From: a virus
Lineage: Duplodnaviria > Heunggongvirae > Uroviricota > Caudoviricetes
Length of the DNA stretch: 64,000 nucleotides
IMG/VR virus record: IMGVR_UViG_3300022562_000051
Location: 108,581 to 172,580 of that record
Strand: one strand, 5' to 3'
The translations under genes and the position numbers were made by a program. Every line of letters begins with the position of its first letter. The first letter of the stretch is position 1. Shown here piece after piece: positions 58,553-63,997 of the stretch. The notes beneath the pieces are model-generated. The model was not told the origin of the DNA, ran no database searches, and saw only the letters and a program-made list of their open reading frames with translations.

Positions 58553-59275
58553 ATGTTGAATCGCAAAGTCACCAAGTGGTCGAACGAAACGTGCAAGTAC
58601 GAAGACATGGGTCGCGTGACTGAGCATGTTGGTCGTTCGCTTTACGTGGCGAGCGAAGTCGTTCAGGTCATGTCGGACATATGGGAAGACCATATGTTCC
58701 TGTATTCCGTGCGCGACGATGGTTCGCTGGCGCGTGATTGCATCGGCTACTATGACCAGAAGCCGGAAGATCGTCCTGAGTGGACGATTGACGCGGACGC
58801 AACTGCGTTCGAACTGTACCGCGCCAAGATGGAAGCGGACCAGTACGAAAAGCTGGTGTACAACACCAATGCCGACTACGCGAATCCGGCGTTCAAGGGT
58901 CGCGTTGTCAAGGTTGTCCGTGGACGCAACACGCCCAAGGGTACTGTCGGCAAGGTTGTGGTCATCATCGAACGTCCGTATGGCATGGGCTATCGCTCGG
59001 TCATGCGTCCGAAGCTCGGTATCGCGACCTCTGCGAAGATGGTTGACAAGGTTATGCCGAATGGTAAGGTTTTCAAGAACCATGCCGACATGATTTGGGT
59101 TTGGGCGCATAACTGCGAAGTCGAAAATCCGCAGACTGCCGACCTCGCTGAGTGCCGCCGCATGGCGCAGTCATTCGCGAAGGGTGCGGTGGACGCGCTC
59201 CGCAAGCGTCAGGAAGAGGCTGCGAAGTGGCACAAGGGCATGATGCACGGTTATGAAAGCAAGGCGGCTGCGTAA
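58553..59275 (+). CDS. hypothetical protein
   Basis: ORF. Confidence 0.35.
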   Translation: MLNRKVTKWSNETCKYEDMGRVTEHVGRSLYVASEVVQVMSDIWEDHMFLYSVRDDGSLARDCIGYYDQKPEDRPEWTIDADATAFELYRAKMEADQYEKLVYNTNADYANPAFKGRVVKVVRGRNTPKGTVGKVVVIIERPYGMGYRSVMRPKLGIATSAKMVDKVMPNGKVFKNHADMIWVWAHNCEVENPQTADLAECRRMAQSFAKGAVDALRKRQEEAAKWHKGMMHGYESKAAA

Positions 59276-59433
59276 TGCAGTCCCTTGCTAGCAGGATGCC
59301 GAAACGGAAACGCTGCAAGGTTTGCGGCGACACCATGACGCTAGTATCAATTCATGGTGCGGTCTGTTGGCGACATTCTAATAAGAACCTCAAGAGGATA
59401 TGCGATAACCGCAAGGCGAAGTCAGGCAGTTGA
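59275..59433 (+). CDS. zinc-ribbon small protein
   Basis: CKVC...C..H...C. Confidence 0.3.
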   Translation: MQSLASRMPKRKRCKVCGDTMTLVSIHGAVCWRHSNKNLKRICDNRKAKSGS

Positions 59434-59693
59434 TTCTACAGAAATTTTTTAGCTTGACTCTTTCTACGGAAGGGAGTAGAATGGTAAACATGATGATGAA
59501 AATTTCGGAGTGGGGTTGGAAGCATCACGATTCGTTCGTGCTGATCATGACCGGCTTTGTAATTGGAATTTATTTTGCGAAGGTGATCTAAAAAAGTTGA
59601 AAAAAGTTCTTGCATTTAGGATTTTTTTCTGCTATGATTGCTAAATAGTTTTACGGGAGTGTGGACTGCTAGACTCCCCCAACGAGGGTAGGG

Positions 59694-59729
59694 TTGACAA
59701 AGACCCCAAGCCTGAGTTATAATGACTAA
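59694..59729 (+). promoter_or_regulatory. sigma70-like promoter (TTGACA, 17 nt spacer, TATAAT)
   Basis: ttgacaaagaccccaagcctgagttataat. Confidence 0.55.
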
Positions 59730-59766
59730 GGCGAAAACGCAGTTGTTTTTAATCTAAGGAACACAG

Positions 59767-59898
59767 ATGGAAAGAATATCGGGACAATGGCGATTGGAAG
59801 GAATGGATAAATCCGTCCAGTGCCGCATTGCGCCCGAAAGCTTTACCGGCACACTGGCAACCTCACACTATAATAGCGGGAGTGCGCCAATGGGTTGA
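59767..59898 (+). CDS. candidate 43-aa leader ORF upstream of the tRNA array
   Basis: AAGGA RBS; its stop abuts alternative hairpins. Confidence 0.25.
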   Translation: MERISGQWRLEGMDKSVQCRIAPESFTGTLATSHYNSGSAPMG

Positions 59899-59936
59899 AC
59901 CCTTTTGAAAATTCAAATTTCTTGAGTATCCAAAAG

Positions 59937-59966
59937 GGTTCTAAGCGAAAGTTTAGAACCTTTTTT
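59937..59966 (+). terminator. rho-independent terminator (attenuator-like)
   Basis: ggttctaa-gcgaaag-ttagaacc plus TTTTTT. Its 5' arm overlaps the 3' arm of an upstream hairpin. Confidence 0.55.
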
Positions 59967-60100
59967 AATACCCAAGTCATTCGCAAGATTGACTGCTCTT
60001 TAACAATTGATGGTTTATTCATTTCCTTTCCGAAAGGATGGGCGTCCCTTCATGGGTCTGTGCAACGACATGCACCCCGCATCTAGTAAGCGGGAACTAC

Positions 60101-60176
60101 TGGCACGTAGTTCAGCGGTAGTAACGTCTGGCTGTTAACCAGAATGTCGTAGGTTCGATCCCTACCGTGCCAGCCA
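60101..60176 (+). tRNA. tRNA-Asn (GTT)
   Basis: Cloverleaf by eye; loop CTGTTAA; CCA encoded. Confidence 0.65.
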
Positions 60177-60182
60177 AATTTC

Positions 60183-60256
60183 GGGGGCTTAGTATAATGG
60201 GATTATCTCTCGCTTGCACCGAGAAGACAGGGGTTCGACTCCCCTAGCCTCCACCA
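60183..60256 (+). tRNA. tRNA-Ala (TGC)
   Basis: G3-U70 pair present; loop CTTGCAC. Confidence 0.65.
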
Positions 60257-60261
60257 AATAT

Positions 60262-60341
60262 GGGACGGACTGTCGTATAACGGCAATTATATCTGGCTCT
60301 TAACCAGTTTGATCAGAGTTCGAATCTCTGCGGTCCCACCA
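60262..60341 (+). tRNA. tRNA-like (possibly Lys-CTT); 5' half non-canonical
   Basis: Good T-arm, acceptor 3' strand and CCA; D/anticodon region cannot be folded cleanly by eye. Confidence 0.35.
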
Positions 60342-60389
60342 AATCTTAACCAGTTTGATCAGAGTTCGAATCTCTGCGGTCCCACCAAA
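60298..60389 (+). repeat. perfect 46-bp tandem duplication covering a tRNA 3' half
   Basis: tcttaaccagtttgatcagagttcgaatctctgcggtcccaccaaa x2. Confidence 0.8.
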
Positions 60390-60436
60390 CATATAGCTGA
60401 GTCGCGGCGGCGAAGTGTCCGCGACAAGATTTAATG

Positions 60437-60513
60437 CGTAGGTAGCACAACTGGCTAGTGTCCTTCCCTGTCACGGAAGAGGGTGCGGGTTCGAATCCCG
60501 TCTTACGCGCCAA
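60437..60513 (+). tRNA. tRNA-Asp (GTC)
   Basis: Loop CTGTCAC. Confidence 0.65.
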
Positions 60514-60518
60514 ACAAT

Positions 60519-60603
60519 GGGTGTACGGTGAAGTTAGAGAGTCACGGCAGTCTGTAAAACTGTTGCTTCGGCTGAGTAGGTGCGAATCCTTCTACACCCA
60601 CCA
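60519..60603 (+). tRNA. tRNA-Tyr (GTA), long variable arm
   Basis: Loop CTGTAAA; type II extra arm. Confidence 0.55.
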
Positions 60604-60725
60604 TTTTGTGTTGTTGATAATATGCCTAGCGAACTGGCGGGTGGAATAAAGTGTGAGTCCATTGCAATAGATGGTGGCACTCCTAAGCAGAAATGTACCG
60701 GTCTTCAACAACACATTTTTTCGAT

Positions 60726-60801
60726 GGGACCATGGCGTAATGGCTAGCGCATCGGGCTTTTAACCCGTAAGGTCAGGGTTCGAATCCCTGTGGTTCTACC
60801 A
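60726..60801 (+). tRNA. tRNA-Lys (TTT)
   Basis: Loop CTTTTAA. Confidence 0.65.
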
Positions 60802-60803
60802 AT

Positions 60804-60896
60804 GCTCCCGTAGTGTAAAGGCAGCACCCGAGGCTTATATCCTCGTTTCCGGCAGATTACCGGGTAGTGTAGGTTCGAATCCTACCGGGAGTACCA
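60804..60896 (+). tRNA. atypical 93-nt tRNA, anticodon UAU (Ile-AUA type?) with ~23-nt extra region
   Basis: Perfect anticodon stem CGAGG/CCTCG, loop CTTATAT, perfect T-arm GTAGG-TTCGAAT-CCTAC. Confidence 0.45.
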
Positions 60897-60904
60897 AGTT
60901 CATT

Positions 60905-60978
60905 TCCCTCTTAGCTCAAAAGTAGAGCATACGGCTGATAACCGTAAGACAAAGGAGCGTTACCTTTAGAGGGAACCA
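60905..60978 (+). tRNA. tRNA-Ile (GAT), non-canonical T-loop AGCGTTA
   Basis: Loop CTGATAA. Confidence 0.55.
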
Positions 60979-60983
60979 AATAT

Positions 60984-61060
60984 CGGAGATTAGCTCAGTC
61001 TGGTAGAGCGCCTGATTTGGGGTCAGGATGTCAAGAGTTCGAATCCCTTATCTCCGACCA
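60984..61060 (+). tRNA. tRNA-Pro (TGG)
   Basis: Loop TTTGGGG. Confidence 0.55.
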
Positions 61061-61065
61061 CTTTC

Positions 61066-61142
61066 GCGAGCGTAGCGCAATAGGCAGAGGCAACAGATTT
61101 AAATCCTGTTAAGTGTGGGTTCGAATCCCACCGCTCGCACCA
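61066..61142 (+). tRNA. tRNA with ambiguous anticodon loop (UAA with A31-C39 mismatch, or 9-nt loop ATTTAAATC)
   Basis: Perfect acceptor GCGAGCG/CGCTCGC and T-arm; AACAG/CTGTT stem would enclose 9 nt. Confidence 0.45.
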
Positions 61143-61144
61143 AT

Positions 61145-61221
61145 GCCCTTGTGATGGAATTGGCATACATACTATCCTCAGAAGGTAGGTTATGTGGGTT
61201 CGAATCCCACCAAGGGTACCA
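61145..61221 (+). tRNA. tRNA, Leu anticodon CAG, short variable loop
   Basis: Loop CTCAGAA; GGAATTGGCATAC D-region. Confidence 0.5.
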
Positions 61222-61228
61222 GATTAAT

Positions 61229-61302
61229 GCGGGATTGGCATATTGGTTGTGTCCAAGTCTTCCAAACTTGTTAAACGAGTTCGATTCTCGTATCCCGCTC
61301 CA
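61229..61302 (+). tRNA. tRNA-Gly (TCC)
   Basis: Loop CTTCCAA. Confidence 0.65.
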
Positions 61303-61307
61303 ACATT

Positions 61308-61383
61308 GTCCTCGTAGCATAACGGAAAGTGCCACAGGCTTCTACCCTGTTTCGTGCGGGTTCGACTCCTGCCGAGGACGCCA
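61308..61383 (+). tRNA. tRNA-Arg (TCT)
   Basis: Loop CTTCTAC. Confidence 0.65.
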
Positions 61384-61388
61384 AATTT

Positions 61389-61463
61389 GTCTCGCTGGTG
61401 TAACTGGCAGCACAATAGTCTCCAAAACTATTAGTTGGGGTTCGAATCCCTAGCGGGACGCCA
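61389..61463 (+). tRNA. tRNA-Trp (CCA)
   Basis: Loop CTCCAAA. Confidence 0.65.
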
Positions 61464-61468
61464 AACAT

Positions 61469-61546
61469 GCGCATGTGACGGGAATTGGCATACCTACTTG
61501 CCTTAGAAGCAAGTGCTTAAGAGTTCGACTCTCTTCGTGCGCACCA
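61469..61546 (+). tRNA. tRNA, Leu anticodon TAG, short variable loop
   Basis: Loop CTTAGAA. Confidence 0.5.
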
Positions 61547-61553
61547 ATTCAAT

Positions 61554-61628
61554 GCCCTTGTGGTGAAACGGAAATCACGCCACGCTACGAACGTGGGATT
61601 GCGGGTTCGATTCCTGCCGAGGGTGCCA
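61554..61628 (+). tRNA. tRNA-Arg (ACG)
   Basis: Loop CTACGAA. Confidence 0.65.
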
Positions 61629-61633
61629 ACATT

Positions 61634-61708
61634 GTCCTTATAGTGTAACGGATAACACTCCACCGTCCGAAGGTGGGAATTCAGGCTCGACTCCTGATAA
61701 GGACGCCA
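61634..61708 (+). tRNA. tRNA-Arg (CCG)
   Basis: Loop GTCCGAA. Confidence 0.6.
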
Positions 61709-61709
61709 C

Positions 61710-61784
61710 GCCGCAATAGTATAATGGCGATTACGGTTGTCTTGTAAGCAACCTATCTCGGTTCGATTCCGAGTTGCGGCTCCA
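61710..61784 (+). tRNA. tRNA-Thr (TGT)
   Basis: Loop CTTGTAA. Confidence 0.65.
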
Positions 61785-61790
61785 ATTTAT

Positions 61791-61866
61791 GTGCCTGTGG
61801 CAGAATGGCTAATGCGTTCGGTTGCAACCCGAAATTCTGTAGGTTCGATTCCTATCAGGCACTCCA
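61791..61866 (+). tRNA. tRNA-Cys (GCA)
   Basis: Loop TTGCAAC. Confidence 0.65.
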
Positions 61867-61872
61867 AACAAT

Positions 61873-61947
61873 GGTCCCGTCGTCTAATGGTCAGGACACC
61901 ACCCTTTCAAGGTGAGAATGAGAGTTCGATTCTCTTCGGGACTACCA
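61873..61947 (+). tRNA. tRNA-Glu (TTC)
   Basis: Loop CTTTCAA. Confidence 0.65.
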
Positions 61948-61953
61948 ATCATT

Positions 61954-62027
61954 GCCCCGCTAGTTTAATGGCAAAACTCTGCTTTTACACGGCAGCTATG
62001 GCAGTTCGATTCTGTCGCGGGGTACCA
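61954..62027 (+). tRNA. tRNA-Val (TAC)
   Basis: Loop TTTACAC. Confidence 0.6.
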
Positions 62028-62033
62028 ATCAGT

Positions 62034-62108
62034 TGCGGGTTGGAGAAGTAGAATCTCATCTGCCTCATAAGCAGAAGATCATAGGTGCAAATCCTATACC
62101 CGCTACCA
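62034..62108 (+). tRNA. tRNA-Met/Ile2-like (CAT), apparent U1-U72 mismatch
   Basis: Loop CTCATAA. Confidence 0.55.
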
Positions 62109-62113
62109 AATAT

Positions 62114-62188
62114 GCCGCCATCGTATAATGGCTATTACGAGGCTTTGGTAAAGCTTAAATGAAAGTTCGATTCTTTCTGGTGGCACCA
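62114..62188 (+). tRNA. tRNA-Thr (GGT)
   Basis: Loop TTGGTAA. Confidence 0.65.
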
Positions 62189-62194
62189 CACAAT

Positions 62195-62269
62195 GCGGAT
62201 GTAGCTCAGTGGTAGAGCGTTTCGTTGCCAACGAAAATGTCGCGAGTTCGACCCTCGTCTTCCGCTCCA
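62195..62269 (+). tRNA. tRNA-Gly (GCC)
   Basis: Loop TTGCCAA. Confidence 0.65.
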
Positions 62270-62276
62270 AATTTTT

Positions 62277-62352
62277 GCCGATTAAGCTAATCTAGTGAAA
62301 GCGTCTGCCTGAAAAGCATAAGAGGTTGGAGCGTAACCAACAATCGGCACCA
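62277..62352 (+). tRNA. tRNA-Phe (GAA), T-loop AGCGTAA
   Basis: Loop CTGAAAA. Confidence 0.55.
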
Positions 62353-62563
62353 GTTAATGGGATGACTACAGCAACTCAACTAAACTCACCAAAACTAGAG
62401 TGGGCAGTCCAGTTGGGGACAGTGCATCGGGTTCGACTCCCGCCTTCAAGCACAAGCATCCCGTCTAATAAGCTATCAGGTCATACCCATTCGGTTATGC
62501 GAATGGGAGTAAAGCTTCCACCGGACGCGGTGGTGAGTAAGACTCAGCAAAAGCCTGACCAAT

Positions 62564-62638
62564 GCTCCTATCGTCTAACGGCTAGGATTTTGCCCTCTCA
62601 AGGCAACGATACGGGTTCGAATCCCGTTAGGAGTACCA
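62564..62638 (+). tRNA. tRNA-Glu (CTC)
   Basis: Loop CTCTCAA. Confidence 0.6.
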
Positions 62639-62647
62639 GATAAATAA

Positions 62648-62722
62648 CAGGATGTAAGTCAGCAGCAGACGCCCTCGCTTGGAACGAGGAAGCCGTGGGT
62701 GCGAGTCCCACCATCCTGACCA
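62648..62722 (+). tRNA. tRNA-Pro (TGG), second copy
   Basis: Loop CTTGGAA. Confidence 0.55.
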
Positions 62723-62727
62723 ACAAT

Positions 62728-62804
62728 GGTGTAGGTAGCATAGTGGCTAATGCCCTTGACTGTGAATCAAGAAGACGCGGGTTCGAATCCCGTCCTATAC
62801 CCCA
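62728..62804 (+). tRNA. tRNA-His (GTG) with G-1
   Basis: Loop CTGTGAA; extra 5' G opposite C73. Confidence 0.65.
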
Positions 62805-62823
62805 AACAACTCGGAGATAAACC

Positions 62824-62991
62824 ATGACTGCGAAAAATGATGTTACTGGCGATACAATAAGAAGTAAAAGCGGAAACCAAAAAGCATACGCAGAAGGATG
62901 GGATAGAATCTTTGGTAAAAAGTTTTCTCGCGAGGAAAAAACACGGTCAGTCTCTACGTGTAAAAATAAGAGGGATTCGAAGTGCGGCTGA
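62824..62991 (+). CDS. 55-aa small protein embedded in the tRNA array
   Basis: GGAGA RBS; motif AYAEGWDRIFGKK. Confidence 0.35.
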   Translation: MTAKNDVTGDTIRSKSGNQKAYAEGWDRIFGKKFSREEKTRSVSTCKNKRDSKCG

Positions 62992-63059
62992 AATAGAGTG
63001 TCTAACGTGGCACTCGCCCCCGGTAAGGTTGGGTTCGGAGTAAGCGCAGCGTAAGTAGT

Positions 63060-63130
63060 GATCCTATAGTATAATGGCAGTGCGCCCGTAAGGTAATCGG
63101 GAAGCGTGGGTTCGAATCCCGCTAGGTTTC
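63060..63130 (+). pseudogene. tRNA-like or degenerate tRNA (no CCA, aberrant anticodon arm)
   Basis: Good T-arm GTGGG-TTCGAAT-CCCGC and D-arm; anticodon loop lacks U33. Confidence 0.3.
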
Positions 63131-63167
63131 ATGGTGCCGCTTTCGGAATACAAATGGCACCTTCTAT

Positions 63168-63241
63168 TCAGGGATCGTCTAAAGGCAGGACGCGAGACTT
63201 TGAATCTCGCTATCTAGGTTCGAATCCTAGTCCCTGAACCA
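63168..63241 (+). tRNA. tRNA-Gln (TTG)
   Basis: Loop CTTTGAA. Confidence 0.65.
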
Positions 63242-63249
63242 AATTCTAT

Positions 63250-63323
63250 TCCCCACTCGTCTAAAGGCAGGACATGAGTCTCTGAAACTCAGAATCGTGG
63301 TTCGAATCCATGGTGGGGAGCCA
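63250..63323 (+). tRNA. tRNA-Gln (CTG)
   Basis: Loop CTCTGAA. Confidence 0.65.
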
Positions 63324-63328
63324 ACATT

Positions 63329-63419
63329 GGCGAGTCTACCGTATTGGCGCACGGCACTGCCTTGAAAGCAGTTTGATTCAGAAATGGGTTTGTAGGTTCG
63401 ACTCCTACACTCGCCGCCA
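63329..63419 (+). tRNA. tRNA-Ser (TGA), type II
   Basis: Loop CTTGAAA; long extra arm. Confidence 0.65.
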
Positions 63420-63423
63420 AATT

Positions 63424-63514
63424 GGAAGTGTGACAGAGAGGCTAATTGTCCCTGTTTGCTAAACAGTGTGGATCAGAAATGGTCACGTAGGTTCGAATCC
63501 TACCACTTCCGCCA
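63424..63514 (+). tRNA. tRNA-Ser (GCT), type II
   Basis: Loop TTGCTAA; long extra arm. Confidence 0.6.
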
Positions 63515-63520
63515 GAACAT

Positions 63521-63580
63521 GGGAAACGTCCAGCAAACCAAAATAACTTTACCTGTAATAAAGCTAAAACCGTTTCCCGA
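63521..63580 (+). ncRNA. T-arm-less tRNA-like element (paralog 1)
   Basis: 8-bp acceptor-like stem GGGAAACG/CGTTTCCC plus perfect 5-bp stem CTTTA/TAAAG with 7-nt loop CCTGTAA. Confidence 0.35.
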
Positions 63581-63586
63581 CTTTTC

Positions 63587-63660
63587 GATCCCTTCGTATA
63601 GAAGCATTACACTGCCTTGACATGGCAGAAAAGATGGAGCGTTACCATCAGGGATCACCA
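63587..63660 (+). tRNA. tRNA-Val (GAC), T-loop AGCGTTA
   Basis: Loop TTGACAT; perfect anticodon stem CTGCC/GGCAG. Confidence 0.55.
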
Positions 63661-63665
63661 ATTAT

Positions 63666-63753
63666 GGAAGACTAACCGTACAAGGTGCGGACTCGTTTCG
63701 AAAGCGATGGGAATCCGAAAGGGTTTGGGGAGCGTTACCTCAGTCTTCCGCCA
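63666..63753 (+). tRNA. tRNA-Ser (CGA), type II, T-loop AGCGTTA
   Basis: Loop TTCGAAA; extra arm with GAAA tetraloop. Confidence 0.5.
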
Positions 63754-63758
63754 ATTTC

Positions 63759-63830
63759 AGGAATGTTACAGCATACCACTTTGTTACCATAAAGTCTGCG
63801 GAAGAAAACAAGCTCCGCAACATTCCTGAC
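63759..63830 (+). ncRNA. T-arm-less tRNA-like element (paralog 2)
   Basis: 10-bp terminal stem CAGGAATGTT/AACATTCCTG; internal CTTTG-TTACCAT-AAAG hairpin similar to paralog 1. Confidence 0.35.
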
Positions 63831-63837
63831 CTACTAT

Positions 63838-63915
63838 GGACAACTGACGGGAATTGGCATACCTACTATCCTCAAAAGTTAGTGTTTCTCGGTTCGAATC
63901 CGAGGTTGTCTACCA
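63838..63915 (+). tRNA. tRNA, Leu anticodon CAA, short variable loop
   Basis: Loop CTCAAAA. Confidence 0.5.
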
Positions 63916-63919
63916 ATAC

Positions 63920-63997
63920 GCAAACGTGAAGGGAATTGGCATACCTACTTGGTCGAGAGCCAAGTGTTTGTGGGTTCGACTCCCACCGTTTGCACCA
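63920..63997 (+). tRNA. tRNA, Leu anticodon GAG, short variable loop
   Basis: Loop TCGAGAG; perfect acceptor GCAAACG/CGTTTGC. Confidence 0.5.

Noticed and set aside
58454-59110. 218-aa minus-strand ORF and overlapping + frame ORF 58626-59093
   Set aside because: Both overlap the + strand ORF 58553-59275 that fits the operon layout; GC-rich region inflates spurious ORFs.
59440-59591. Promoter-like TTGACT-17-TAGAAT overlapping an RBS plus 36-codon membrane-peptide ORF (59481-59591)
   Set aside because: The -10 element ends 1 nt before the ATG, so it cannot be both the promoter and the translated start for the same ORF. Evidence is insufficient to choose, so neither is called as a feature.
61099-63829. 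Six-frame ORFs of 60-112 aa across the tRNA array (e.g. 61115-61453, 62326-62643, 63617-63829)
   Set aside because: They run straight through consecutive tRNA genes; open frames are expected by chance in tRNA-rich sequence.
60101-63997. Possible CRISPR-like array suggested by recurring GGTTCGAATCC motifs
   Set aside because: The repeats are tRNA T-arms with variable spacing and full cloverleaf context, not regular CRISPR repeat-spacer units.
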